Source: Eledone cirrhosa (taxonomy: Eukaryota). From it: a stretch of 64,000 nucleotides of DNA. The DNA lies in NCBI GenBank assembly GCA_964016885.1, contig OZ024740.1, forward strand, positions 108,872,001-108,936,000. Reading direction: 5' to 3'. The position numbers were made by a program, and so were the translations under genes. Under the pieces are notes generated by a model. It had not been told where the DNA came from. It saw only the letters and a list, made by a program, of their open reading frames with translations, and ran no database searches. Shown in pieces: positions 50,167 through 64,000 of this stretch. Numbering within the stretch: position 1 is the stretch's first letter; every line of letters starts with the position of its first letter.

Positions 50167-50391
50167 ATAATAATAATAATTATTATTATTTCTAACAAAG
50201 GCACAAGGCCACACATTTGGAGTGAGGAGGCAGGTAAGTCGATTATATCAATCCCTGGTACTTTATTTTATCATCCCCAGAAGGATGAAAGGTAAAGCTG
50301 ATCTCGGTGAATTTGAACTCCTCAGAAGGTACAAACAATATACCACAAGGTATTTTGTTTGAAGCTCTAATGATTCTGCCATCCACTGCCT
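50167..50391 (-). mobile_element. SINE family A in an (AAT)n tract
   Basis: Family motifs with AAT repeats on both sides. Confidence 0.85.
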
Positions 50392-50422
<31 letters not shown>

Positions 50423-51690
50423 AATAAATAAAAATATCACTGCTGTCATTTGGAGAGAAATATATGCAATAAAAATATAACTGAATTGGCAAGATTATTA
50501 TTATTATTAGAGTTTTTTTATTCGTTAAGCCAGTAAAAACAAAATAATGCCATATATTCACACTGGATGAATAAATTGTATACTGTTTGGGACATACAGA
50601 GCTTAAACGTTCAATTCTAGCCCCCCCCCCACACCTTTTTTTCATTAACTGGTTTGCAACAGCTAATGCTTGCCAAGAAGAGAGTAAGCTGAGATATAAC
50701 AAGGGAGAGGGGGTGTTTAGAAATAATGAGGGAGCTATGTCCTCAGAAATCAACAAGAAAACATCCAGAAGTGTGTGTGGTAGTATGTCATATATAACTA
50801 ATACAACTGACAAGAGGAGTCCAGGAGAATATGACAGTAATTTTATCAAATTAACTTTGTCTAACGACATGTATTTATGTAGTAGCATATTAACGGTCTA
50901 CAACTTGGGTTCATAGAAACCCAAAGGATTCCTTAAGATATTTTGGGGGTTCATCATAAAAGGAGCTTCCTACAGTGTTTGTCAGTTCTTCATGACATTT
51001 TGAAGCTTCTACTTTAAATACATTATTCTTTTCTAAAATGGTATTAAAAAAATGTTTACATATATATTCTTTCTATTAAATGATTGTTTTGTGGGTTTGT
51101 GTGAGGAACACACTAAACATGATCTGTAGTATAGAATCAATATAATGATTGTTATTAATGGTGATTGCTTAACTCAAAGTTTTGCCAAGCCAACAACATT
51201 GGCAAAATTTCAAAGTAAACTGTCACCATTAATAACAATTATTTCTATTATCAAATTTAAGGGTTCTTTATAAGTCTCCCAGTTATATTTTAGGTTCATA
51301 TAATGAAGCATTCAAGTTTAAAGGTTCTTTTTATGTCTAGTCTTTCTGTAATATTTGTGGGTCTGTAGCATGAAATATCAAGTTTCCATTATGTGTGAAG
51401 TCTGTCAGTAATATTTTGGGTTTGTATCATGGAAAGAAGGGTTGGAGGCCAGTGTCGTATACGACTAGCAGAACTGACAAGAAGTGTCCAGGAGAATATT
51501 GCCATGCCATATTTACATTTGACTAATGCTAACACAAGGAAATAAATAATCAGTCAACAGTTTGTTTCAATGACTAGAATTCTTCAAGGAATATTTTTCA
51601 CTAGATTTGTTTCAAAATAAATTTAGCAATAAGCTATTGCTTAGAAAATAAAATTCCAAATTGATTAAAAAAAAATCCTTCCTATAGAAG

Positions 51691-51910
51691 TAATAATGGT
51701 TCCTTTAGGCACAAAGCCAACAATTTTAAGGGAGGGATAAGTAGATTTCATCATCCCCCAGTACTTGACTGGTACTTTATTTTATCGACCCCTTAAGGAT
51801 GACAGGCAAAGTAGACCTCAGCGAGATTTTAACTCAGAAAGTAAAGTGCAGGAACAAATACTGTAAAGCATTTTGCTTGACACTATAACAATTCTGCCAA
51901 TCTACTACCT
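51691..51910 (-). mobile_element. SINE family A
   Basis: Family motifs; flanked by a direct repeat TATAGAAGTAATAAT (possible target-site duplication). Confidence 0.85.
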
Positions 51911-52494
51911 TTCTTATAGAAGTAATAATACCAGGTTTAAACCATGGCAACAAGAGTAAAAGAACAAAACAAAACAAAAACAAAGCAAAAAGAATTAAGA
52001 CATTTAAATGTTCCCTTTGTAATTTTTATTGTTATTATAATTTTTTTGTATGTTTAAATTAAAATATGAATGTAAACTTTATTTTTCTGCTGATTTTGTA
52101 AACAAAGACAAAATTTTTTTGTTTAAATGAAAAATTCAAAGTTAAAAAAAAAAATGAGACTTAAGAAAAAAAAAACAAAACAACAGAACAAAACATAAAA
52201 AAAAGAGGGGCAAAATGGTTTTAATAATTAAGTCTGACTAGAACATTTTGATTGCACAGTTTTGAGAAGTTCTATATATTATGAGGCAGAATATACATAT
52301 ATATATATATATATATATACATATATATATAAAGCAATGATAATGATGATATTGATGATGATGATGACCACTTTTTAAATATTATTTTCTTTCTGAAAAC
52401 ACACTCAAAGCCTGATTATGATATAAGATTATTATTTTTTTTCCAGTAAACAATTATTTTGTGTGTATTTGGTGTCCATTTGTAGTAAAGTGTG

Positions 52495-52526
<32 letters not shown>

Positions 52527-53506
52527 AACTTTAAAAACCCATTAGTTGAAGAATGGACTAATACAATATTATTACTGAGTCGATCTAATTTTAATAGTGA
52601 TGCATTATTAAAGCTTGCATGGAAGGAAATTATTAATATAGCAACAATGTTGTATATATATAGTATAACAACATGTAGTAGGATGTTTAAGGTGAACAAG
52701 CTTCAACATAAGATTATACAAATAATAATAATAATAATAATATGCATCATTGATGTTAACAGACAGCATATGTACAGCCTGATTGCACATAAATATGCAA
52801 TCACACACTTATAATCAGACTGTATTAACATACACACAGTCTGATTGTATGTGTGTATATATAATCAGACTGTAATATTACACTCATAGTGTAGAAAAAA
52901 TGATCAAGTTATTTATGTATAGGTTTACATTCCACTTGATGTATATCTACAAACTCCCACACACAATCATACACACACCCCATTATCACACAGCCACATA
53001 CAATCTCACACAATAATACACACACACACATACAGCCATATTCAATCACAAACAGCTGAAATGTTAAAGAAACAATATTATGAAAATGTAGTCAGCCACA
53101 GAAAGAAAAGCTTTAAATTGACTTGGTTTGTCACAGTTGGCCACAAGTGAAAAAAAACTAAATTTTAGTGATGTAAAAATAGTTCAGTTTACTTACAAAC
53201 TATCACACTGAATGTAGAAGGTACAACAACACCAGCAGTGATGATCTATGTGTTGTGGTGGTGGTTGTCGTTAGAGCAAGAAGAAGCTTTCATCTAATGT
53301 TTTTGTTTTTTTTCTTCATTATAATAAAAAGCTGTATGAAATATATTTCACAGAGAGGAACAATTTAGCAATGTAAAAGTTGGCTCAAAGCAGAATCCAC
53401 ACCATTGATATAATTGTGTAGATAGATTTAGAAGAATAAAGCTTGAATAATAATAAAAACTGTCAGTTTTCACTGAGCAATCGTTTATACATCACACCAT
53501 TGCCAA

Positions 53507-53557
<51 letters not shown>

Positions 53558-53988
53558 GAGTGATTCTTTGATGAATAAATAAATGTTCAAAGGTGTGTGT
53601 TAAGAAAGCACTAAGCATTTGTAACACATTTAAGTGGAAAATATAGGAAAGGGGATATAAAGGGGAGATAATAATTAAAGTAAAATGACTTTTTCTTTCG
53701 TGGTTAAAGCTTAACATAAATGATAAGTTAGCAGAAAGGAGTTGATAAATCCAGAATACTATGAAGTTAAGATCTGTAATATCATAGGATACCACTGACA
53801 GTATTATTATTTATTACTATCTATGATATCATACAATATTATACTTTAACATCAACAAACAGTTAAACAAAAATAACACAAGGAAAATCCTCAAATATTT
53901 CCAACTAGGAATGAAACCAAAGGTAATGGGTCAATTCAAAGAGCTTCTTATATCACAGAACCAGTGTTCTAACCTAGAGTATGTATGC

Positions 53989-54360
<372 letters not shown>

Positions 54361-54417
54361 CATCCTTCAAAATAGCAAAGTAAAGAGCTTAGATTATGTC
54401 AAAACAGTTGATGAAAG

Positions 54418-54640
54418 TAATAATAATTGTTTCTACTTTTGGTACAAGGCCAGCAATTTTAAGGAAAGACAGAAAGTCGATTAAATCAACCCCAGTATGT
54501 TACTGGTACTTTATTTTATTGACTTTATAAAGAGGAAAGGCAAAGTTGACCTCAGCAGGATTTGGACTCAGGATGTAAAAAGCAGGAACAAATGCCACAA
54601 AGCATTTTATCCGATGCTCTAACGATTCTGTTAATCCACA
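54418..54640 (-). mobile_element. SINE family A in an (AAT)n tract
   Basis: Family motifs, AAT on both sides. Confidence 0.85.
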
Positions 54641-55139
54641 ATAATTATGATAATAATAATAATAATGTGTGTTTATGTGTAGTAGTAGTAGTGGTAGTAG
54701 AAGTAAGACAGTATGAATAATTTGAAAGACATAGATGAGAAAATGAGTGATTGAAAATTGAAATAAGAAATGAAAAACTTATTCACATCCGATCACTTAA
54801 GGCAGAGAAACAGAAATATAGACTGTGGTGGGCATTTAAAAAATGCTTTTTGTGTGTTTTGTTTTTTTAATGATTTAGAAACAATTATATAGAAAACAAA
54901 GTAAAGAGAAACCAAGTAAATGTTGAGAGAAGTTATTTGAATAACAACTAAATTCTATTGGTCAAAATATGGGGAGTAGAAACAAAAGGTCAATAGGAAG
55001 ATGCTATGAAAGAAAACAGAGGAAGGGTGAGTGGGGGCAACTGACAAAGCAAAACGAGGTTATGGCAGTGGTATTGAAGCAACACAGATATGGCAACACA
55101 ACATAACACACACACACACACACATATATATATAAAAGT

Positions 55140-55419
55140 CTAATGTCTGTCTCAAGCCCAGAGGATTACCAGGCTGGTACTTATACTTGTTTCTGTGGTG
55201 TTAAGCAACTGACAGTACAAGCCACCCCCTAGACAGGATGCCAGTCCATCGCAGGGTTAAACCCCCAGCTATTGCTGGTACTCGTTTTCAGCTGAGTATA
55301 CTGGAGCAACATGAAATGAAGTGTTTTGCTCAAGAACACAACACATAACCCAGTACAGGAATTGAACCCATGTCATTATGATCGTAAGTCCAACACCCTT
55401 ACCACTAGGTCATGCACCT

Positions 55420-55421
<2 letters not shown>
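55140..55421 (-). mobile_element. SINE family C (same head and core as B, different tail)
   Basis: Head TGACCTAGTGG..GGTTCAATTCC, core TTCTTGAGCAAAACACTT..GCTCCAGTATACTCAGCTG, tail with CCCTGCGATGGACTGGCATCCTGTC; (TA)n on both sides. Confidence 0.8.
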
Positions 55422-55454
<33 letters not shown>

Positions 55455-55520
55455 GTTTGTGTGTGTATATATATATAAATATATATACACATATATATAA
55501 ATATATATACACATACATAT

Positions 55521-55593
<73 letters not shown>

Positions 55594-56322
55594 TATATAT
55601 TCATATATATAAATATAATTACATATACACATATGAAGAAACAATTTTTAATGAAGTGAGAAAACTTAAATAGATGAAGAGGAATGTTGCTGAGAAATGG
55701 ATAATCCTCCATGGGTCGGTGGTAGAAATATTTTTATACACACACGCATACATGTATGTGTGTGTGTAGATATATAATTACACAAAGAAAACAAAACTCT
55801 GTGAAAAAAACAACAAAAGATAGAAACGACATGTTATAAAGTAAAGGAGATTCTTCAAGAAGTAGCAGAGGGTGGGTGGAAAGAGGAGTAGAGTTGAGAG
55901 GGAAGTTGGACATTTGTGGTTGCTAAGGCAATATTAGCAAAGATGGCGGCAATAAGCTGCAACAGCACTGAATGCAATGGCATATTTATGTGTGTGCATA
56001 TATATATGTGTGTATATATACATATATATGTGTATATATACATATATATATTATATCATATTCCTACATTAGCTACTATAAAGTGCAGGACAATTTCATG
56101 TGTCAAGCAGTGAAAATACTTTCCAGATATATATATATATTTTTTAAAAACAATAAATAGAAAGAGGAATAGGCTTCCATGTTATTGTTCTTTTAAAACT
56201 TTTTACTTGTTTTTATTTTTTGTTTGTTTCCTAATATATATATATTCTTTTTTATTGTCACTATTATACTTTCAAAGGAAGGATAGACTTTAAAAAATAT
56301 TAAAAATAATGGGAAATGAATC

Positions 56323-56356
<34 letters not shown>

Positions 56357-57028
56357 TCACACACACATATATACAGGTATTTATTTGTATATGCATATAT
56401 ACAGACATATTTATATACATACATATGTGTGTGTGTATGTGTGTAAAGGTGAACAAAATACCTTATGTTACAACATAGGTGTGCTTTCAATATAATGGAC
56501 AATGGAGATTTAGAATTCAGCATCAATCAAATATTCCACAGCAACAAGTGATACACATAGTAGTGTGTATGTGTGCAGGAGAAATTGAGAAATATGTAAT
56601 GACAGTGATGAATAAGTCATAATTAAGCCAGTCATGTAGAAAGCAAGCAGCACTCTTTACATGAATGGAGATCACAGAAAGGTTAACAGTTAACAGCTGA
56701 AATTATTATATTTTAGAAAACAAAAGCCAATAAATAAATAATGAATAATACCAATAAAAAATAACAGATTGGTGAATAAAGGAGTTGGTTGATGAATGAT
56801 TAGGAATATTATACTGCCTGTATGTGTATGTATCTATACATCTATGGATATAAATACACACACAGTTGATTATGGCAGATCTAGTTGCTCTCTGTGCTAC
56901 AGGTTTCTCAACTGCCCGAGGAACCCATATTACCCTGAACAACAGGCTGCTGGATCTCCCTTAATTACTCATTAGAGATTAATGTTTTATTGAGTACTCA
57001 TTCTCGCATTTGTCAAAATTAATAGATA

Positions 57029-57096
<68 letters not shown>

Positions 57097-57291
57097 TGTG
57101 TATATATATATAAATATATACATGATGCACAGATATACGTGTTTGCACACTCATAGACACTAACAGTTGTAAATGTAAGAGAGACTTATTGAAATACAAA
57201 AACAAAACAGCAACTGGAATAAAAGAGTTGAGAGTTTTCTTTTTTCTTTCCTTAAATTAAAGGTGAAGACAACATTGATGATAATGATGGT

Positions 57292-57520
57292 GATAATAAT
57301 GGTTTCTGATTTAGGTACAAGGCCAAGAATTTAGAGGAGAGGGGAAAGTCGATTAAATCAACTCCAGTGCATTACTGGTACTTTATTTTATCGACCCCCG
57401 TAAGGATGAAAGGCAAAGCTTTACCTTGGCGGGATTTGAACTCAGACCATAAAGGGCCATAACTCTATGCTGCAAAGCATGGTGTCCAACCCTCTACTGA
57501 TACTGCCAATCCACCACCCT
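57292..57520 (-). mobile_element. SINE family A
   Basis: Family motifs; flanked by a direct repeat ATGATGGTGATAATAAT (possible target-site duplication). Confidence 0.85.
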
Positions 57521-59037
57521 CATGATGGTGATAATAATAATAATTTGTTACAATAGCAGACAAGCACAAATACACAGAAAGTGAAGTAGAGTTGCTTTGT
57601 ATCAACTCCCACAAACAAAATGTGACATTTTCTTTGTCTGGCACACTATCAATTCTGTTGCTGCCAAAAATAATAATAATAATAATGATGATGAGGAGGA
57701 TGAAGGTGATATTAATACTAATAAAGAGATGCTTTTGCCCAATAAGAACAATATTAGACAGAAATTTGATAAAGAACAATAATACTCTTTTACTCTTTTA
57801 TTGGCTTTAGCCATTAGAGTGTGGCCATGATGGGGCAACATATTTTTTTCTTTCTTCTATTTTCTCAGTTGATATGCTGTCTGGTCACAGTGCATTATCC
57901 ATAGAAGTTGATATACAAACTGTAGACAGCAAATATACATTTACATCTACATAAACTTAATACACATGTATATAAAAACAACAACCCCACCCCGCTGCCA
58001 AAAACAGAAAAAAACATTGCAGTATATGGTGTTGCATTCAATATGATTTGGTGCAGTGGGAGAGATTGAAAAATTATTAATAACAATAATAATAATAGAG
58101 AAATAAATATGAAAAAGGAGTTGTAACTAAATCTGAATAACTGACTAATGTCTGTGCATGTATGTGTATATGTAATACACATACACACACACACACATAT
58201 ATATATATACACACACATTGAAATATTCTTGTTAGTCTAATGAAAAGGTCGTAAATTAATTAAATGCTTTAAAATCCTTGTTAATCTTTATTCTATATAT
58301 ATATATATATAGACATATATATAACAATGATATAGACATACATATAACAATGACTAAATAAAGTAGATATAATGTAGAGAAGTATACCTTGCAATGAAGA
58401 AAGGTGGCAAAAGAACTAAACAATAAATATCATTAGTTTATCAAATATACATATTTATACACAACTGAAACACACACACACACATACATATATACGCACT
58501 AGTACACACACATACTTGCCAAAAGATATAACATAGCTGCCCCACCTACACCAATATTTATTTCTATTTTTGTCACAAAATTAGATTCCTCCCACAAAAG
58601 AAAGAAAGAGAAAGTTATGATTAAATAAATAGAAATATTAGTTATGGATGATGATGATGATGACAATGATGGTGATAATTACTGTTGTTGTTGTGGGGTA
58701 TTTAAAAAAAAATTATTGATGTGAATTCTAGTTTTGGTTTGAAGCAAATTTTTTGTTCACCTTTATTTTTTTATGTTTTTGAGGGGTAGGAGGTGGGAGT
58801 GGGGGATTTTTAAAGTATTTCTTTTTTATTTAAATAATAATTCTTGTTGTTATCGTTATTTTAACGGCACTGAAGCATCTGTTAACAATAGTTTATCACT
58901 GTTGTTTGCAATAGTATTCAGCAGCTGGCAGGGTGGTGGTGGTGGTGAGGGGATCAAGCTAAGTCCCCCACCCATCCATGTTTTGATGAACCAGTGCAGC
59001 TCAGAAATACATACAAAAAAAAGAGGAGTTATTTAAG

Positions 59038-59081
<44 letters not shown>

Positions 59082-59258
59082 AAAGAGATGATAATAATTC
59101 TCTAATTATCTATCAACTCCCAGAGTTTCATTGGTGTTCTCATCAAATTTTTTCTTCCTCACACCTTTTGAAAATAGGAGAGAAGGAAAAAAAAACAACT
59201 AAAAACCCCCCAGAAAACAACCTCAATTTTTGTTGTTGTTATTGTTGCTGTTGCTGAG

Positions 59259-59466
59259 TTACACAAATGTAGACATGGCTGAAGGAGCAGCAGTCTCCGG
59301 TGGTTCCTTCTTGTCCTGGGTACCATACTGTCCAATGAAAGAGCCGTCTTCATTGAATTTACTGGGATCAACGTCTCCATAGTCTCCTAAGCTATCAGAA
59401 TCACTTATTCCACTGGTTTTGTCTCCATTGACCAGAGCTCCTGGCTTACTAATTCCATTTTCATCA
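59259..59466 (-). CDS. Nrg: Neuroglian / L1CAM-family cell adhesion molecule, last coding exon (cytoplasmic tail)
   Basis: Acceptor TTTGATGTTTCAG| at 59467; translation DENGISKPGALVNGDKTSGISDSDSLGDYGDVDPSKFNEDGSFIGQYGTQDKKEPPETAAPSAMSTFV*, containing the ankyrin-binding DSLxxY..FNEDGSFIGQY motif and a class I PDZ ligand STFV. Upstream exons lie beyond the right edge. Confidence 0.95.
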
Positions 59467-59768
59467 CTGAAACATCAAAGTTATATAAGTAAATATACAG
59501 TGCAACCCATATCATCATGGAAAAACAGATGTTAAATGATAATGACGACAGTTAGATCAATGACATAAACAACAGCAATGGTGCAGCAAGGAATCTCAGC
59601 ATCTAAGTGTGGGGAGGCAAAGATGTTCAATTAACAGGCATGATAAACTATAGTGGGAGACAATTGATATTGATCTCTTCCTTGAACTTCCCTTGCTACA
59701 CCTCTTATGTAAAGACAATGTAATATATACAGATTTAGGTCAAGTAACAAATTGGCACTATATATATA

Positions 59769-60048
59769 TGGAGGCACATGGCTTAGTGGTTAGAGCATTG
59801 GTCTTGCAATCGAAAGGTTGTGAGTTCACTTTATTTCACATTGCTCCAGTTTACTCAGCTGTAGAAATGAGATGATAGGGACTGGGGTCCATATTATTCC
59901 ACTGCAAAGTGGTTGTGGAGGTGTCACAGCAAAAAAGCACCCAGCATTCACTGTAAATGAGGTTGGTGTTAGGAAGGGGCATCCAGCTGTAGAAATCAAG
60001 CCAGAATCAGTTCCCAGGAAAAGTGTACGTAAAATGATGATGATAATG
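59769..60048 (+). mobile_element. SINE family B (intronic, internally deleted)
   Basis: Same head and tail as 44011-44369; TA repeats at both ends. Confidence 0.85.
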
Positions 60049-60561
60049 ATATATATATATATATATGGAGAGAGAGAGAGAGAGACCGCTGAGACTGGGT
60101 AGAACACAAATCAGGGAAGTACTCTATGCATGGGATGAAGCGGTTTTGGCTTGTGAAGCTGAAACTGGTTGGCATCATGGCTGGGTTTAAACCCCCACCT
60201 CTCTCTCTATATATATATCATTATATCCTAAAAAGCATTTTAATTCTTCCATGGTAAGTATACTGCCAAAAGAAATGTGTGTTTTCTGCATCATGAGACA
60301 GACTCAAGAGTCATAGTTTAAATAAAAATAAGTATACATCAGTAGCATGTCATATAAAAAAACTACTATGGCAAGTAAATGAAATGCTGACTATTTGATG
60401 GACAATCGCCTCACACAGTGATACTATCTCTGTCAAAACAGAATCTAACAGATTTATAAAGAATTTATAACATGATTTATTTATAATTGAAAATACAGAA
60501 TGCTATATACAATTGATTGAGATAAGATGTCAACTAAATAAAGATATTTCAATAGAAACAA

Positions 60562-60623
<62 letters not shown>

Positions 60624-61787
60624 AAGTAACAATATAAGAAAAGAGTAGAAAGGAAAAAAAACACAAAAAACAAACAAACAAAACAAGGAGATCATAATGC
60701 TTCCTTGGAAATATCTAATAATTCCTTAAACGTCCATTCCATTGTATATACACTGGACTAAACATTCAATTCCTCTCTCGGATTCATATTGAGCACTATT
60801 CCATAGTCAAGGAACATTCAAATATTTCCAAGGTAACATTTTCATCTTATCGATTTTTCTTCTATTTTCTGGTATTGCTACTTTGATATTTAGAGCTTCA
60901 TTTACACATCATACTTTAATTTGGAAAGGAAGAATTTTCATACAGTAGTAATACTTATCTTGTTTCTTAGGGATACATACTACTGGTATATATAGATGGA
61001 GAAAGGAATTAGTTAAACTACACACATGCAATAGATAATGAGATAATGTTACAACATTATTTTAGTAAATAAGAAATACAAACTGAAATTTTAAAATGTT
61101 AACCTAGGAAATGCTACCTTAAATGTAAAAGTATATCAATAAGTAAAAAGAATGGACAAAGTTTATTAAAACAACAATGAAAACTTAACACTATACTTTA
61201 TTATTATTATTATTGAAAATAATCCTCATTTTTATTAATAAATAAATTTTAAATCAACAAATATATTTGTAATCAAATGGTAACAGAAAGAAAACCATTG
61301 ATTTTATTTTTATGTGTATATATTAATGCAGTGTTCCAGCATGGCATCAGTCTAATGACTGAAATCAGTAGAAGAATATAGACATGTATGTGATTGATTT
61401 AGATGTCAAGAATGATGTATGAGTGTCCAGTTTTTCAATCAACTAAATCTACATATTTAATTAGCATATAAGTGGCTGAGTAGTCCATTGATAAGTGTAC
61501 ATGTACCCTTAATGTAGTTTTCAAGTAAAATCAGTATACCACAGTATGACAAGGCTTGACATTTGTGTTTAGCTACAATTGACTCAATGAGTTTCCACAG
61601 AATTTTTCACCCACAAGGCTTATGATGACCTTAAGCTATGATAAAAAGAGACACTTGCAATGGAATGAAACCCAGGGTTTTAGATTTATGAAGCAAATTT
61701 CTTAAGCACTCACCTATTCTATATATATATATACATGCTTCCACATCTACCGAATTCATACTTACAAGGCACTATATATATATATAA

Positions 61788-61957
61788 ACACTGTAAATGT
61801 GGTTGGTGTTAGGAAGGGCATCCAACTGTAGAAAACCTGCCAGACAGTCCTATGCGAGCAAGACAATCACTCTTGCCTCAAGTGGGACTACCCCCGTCCA
61901 AACCCATGCAAGCGTGGAACACGGACGTTAAACGTTGATGATGATGATGATGATGAT
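61788..61957 (+). mobile_element. RTE family 2 3'UTR-only insertion
   Basis: Matches 36193-36360; (GAT)n tail; preceded by (TA)n. Confidence 0.8.
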
Positions 61958-62848
61958 ATAGTACGTTATTCCGGGTTGAATCAGAGGTAACCACAATGAA
62001 TTCCCTTTTCTATCAACCAATGACCTACACCCATCCCACTCCCCACCCCCTCCTACCACTTGTAGAGACCTATAAATACCATGTTTATTTTTTGATACCC
62101 AGATTCATGATGATTTCTAAAGAATGAAACAGTTCTAGTCCTGTAGAATCTCATCTATATTAAAACTATATATATATATATATAAAATATTAAACAAATA
62201 ATGAATAAACAATTCCTTATATTAAACAAAAAAAGTTCATTATTTAACGATCGTTTCTAGGATATATATGTGTTAGAATTGGCATGCATATTCAACAGAT
62301 CTATGTACAAAATTATACAAAATTATACAAACTATCAAGATTAAATATACATACCAACACATATATACGCCGTCTTCAGAAATAATGAAGTATATTTATT
62401 GATAATAACAACAATTCAAAATTTCAGGTCCGTTTGGGAACAAAAATTGACCAATGAAAACACAAAGGGTTAAATGCAGTTCGGTGTGTGTATATACATG
62501 TAAAACCCTTACACATATTTTACAAAAATGTATGTATAATTTGTATACGCATACTAAAAGGATGGATGCAAATACAAAATTTCAAGGTTAATGTCTCTGT
62601 AAGTTTATAATGCACAGATAAGATGCGTATTGACACAAGTATGAAATTAAGTATATAAATATATTTTTTCATACTCACACATATCCGTACAATCACACAT
62701 ACACGCGCGTATATGCATAAATATACACATAACCACGAACATACAAACACACACACACCCCCACTCACATTTATATATGTGGATATAAAATCATAAGCAC
62801 ATGGATACTACGGATTGGACACTACCGTAAATTCTTGGTAGATTTATC

Positions 62849-62939
<91 letters not shown>

Positions 62940-63160
62940 ATTTATATTAAAATGCAAGTGTCATGTCACAACCTCTTTGTGCTAGATTTGTTTGGGAAAT
63001 GCTAATATATTTTCCTCCCTATCCCTCTCTTTCTCACACAGTATTAACAAGCAGGTTAGTAGAAAAGCAGCTGCTACCTGTAGGCATCTATCTTCAGATA
63101 ATAAAAACATTTATCTATCTAACTGTCTATCTACCTACCTATCTACACACACACACACAC

Positions 63161-63500
63161 CATCATCATCATCATCATCATCATTTTACATCCGCTTTTC
63201 CTTGCTTGCAAGGGTGGGATGGGAACTGATTCTGGCTTGATTTCTACAGCTGGATGCCCTTCCTAACACCAACCCCATTTACAGTGAGTGCTGGGTGCTT
63301 TTTGCCATGGCACCTCCACGACCACTTTGCAGTGGAATGATAGGGACTGGAGTCCCTATCATCTCATTTCTACAGCTGAGTAAACTGGAGCAATGTGAAA
63401 TAAAGTGTCTTGCTCAAGGAAACAACACATCACCCGGTCTGAGAATTGAACTCACAACCATTCGATTGAAAGCCCAATACCACTAAGCCATGTGCCTCCA
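63161..63500 (-). mobile_element. SINE family B, full-length
   Basis: Reverse complement of 44011-44369. Confidence 0.9.
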
Positions 63501-64000
63501 TATATAAAGTTAGTTCCACAACAAATCAACAAACTATCCTGGAGGATGCGTGTTTCCCTCAAAGAGATTTTCAACATTTTCAACTCAAGTGAGGTTGTGC
63601 TGAAAAACTGAACTTGTTCTATGGACTGAGTGCCTACTTACTATGGATATAACTTCCCGGTGTTCTACCACTATATATAAATATATATATACACCACTTT
63701 ATCTATCTTCTACCTACCTATCTGTCTGTTTGCCTGCTGTCAACCCATAGTTATCTCTCTATCTCTATTTACTAATGCATCTAATTTTGGACAACAACAA
63801 CAAAGCACAAATCCCAATAGCAGTCCGAAGATAGATAGATGGATAAAAAGAGAAGTAGAACAATGTCATCATAATTTAGTGCCTTAAAGAGAATATGGAA
63901 GAAAATTAATGTAAATGATATGACTGTATGTAAAATGAAATATGATGATGGCTAGAGTGATAAGAAGAAGAAGGTCTATGTTGAAATCTAAGAATTATTA

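Noticed and set aside
59159-59380. ORF METLIPVNSMKT...
   Set aside because: Wrong frame of the neuroglian exon; the conserved FIGQY frame is the real one.
62230-62473. Another TTAA-MITE (ends CACAAAGGG|TTAA)
   Set aside because: Only a right terminus is visible; no matching left end was found.

Overview
Eukaryotic (animal) genomic DNA, AT-rich and dense in microsatellites, SINEs and LINEs; the repeat families and neural gene content suggest a mollusc, probably an octopus (inference). There is no prokaryotic operon, CRISPR array or rRNA/tRNA gene, and most ORFs in the track are repeat artefacts. Left to right: (1) a >9.8-kb 47/48-bp minisatellite, apparently amplified from the terminus of a TTAA-flanked (piggyBac-like) MITE, with 2.2/3.7-kb higher-order duplications; (2) two phase-compatible coding exons of a mitochondrial FASTKD-like (FASTKD1-like) gene on the minus strand; (3) a 5'-truncated R4/Dong-clade retrotransposon in (TAA)n whose 5' junction is duplicated as a ~1-kb palindrome; (4) a full-length 6.06-kb Tx1/L1-clade element with an intact 1140-aa ORF2, inserted tail-to-tail into the same (AAT)n tract; (5) many RTE-clade fragments, tRNA-headed SINEs with swappable tails, MITEs and Helitron-like ends; (6) the last coding exon of an L1CAM/neuroglian gene (FIGQY...STFV*, absent from the ORF track), with a possible ~12.8-kb 3'UTR. 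The best novel-system candidate is a microsatellite-targeting guild: Dong, Tx1 and a putative Tx1-tailed SINE use (AAT)n, while RTEs and their SINEs use (TA)n.
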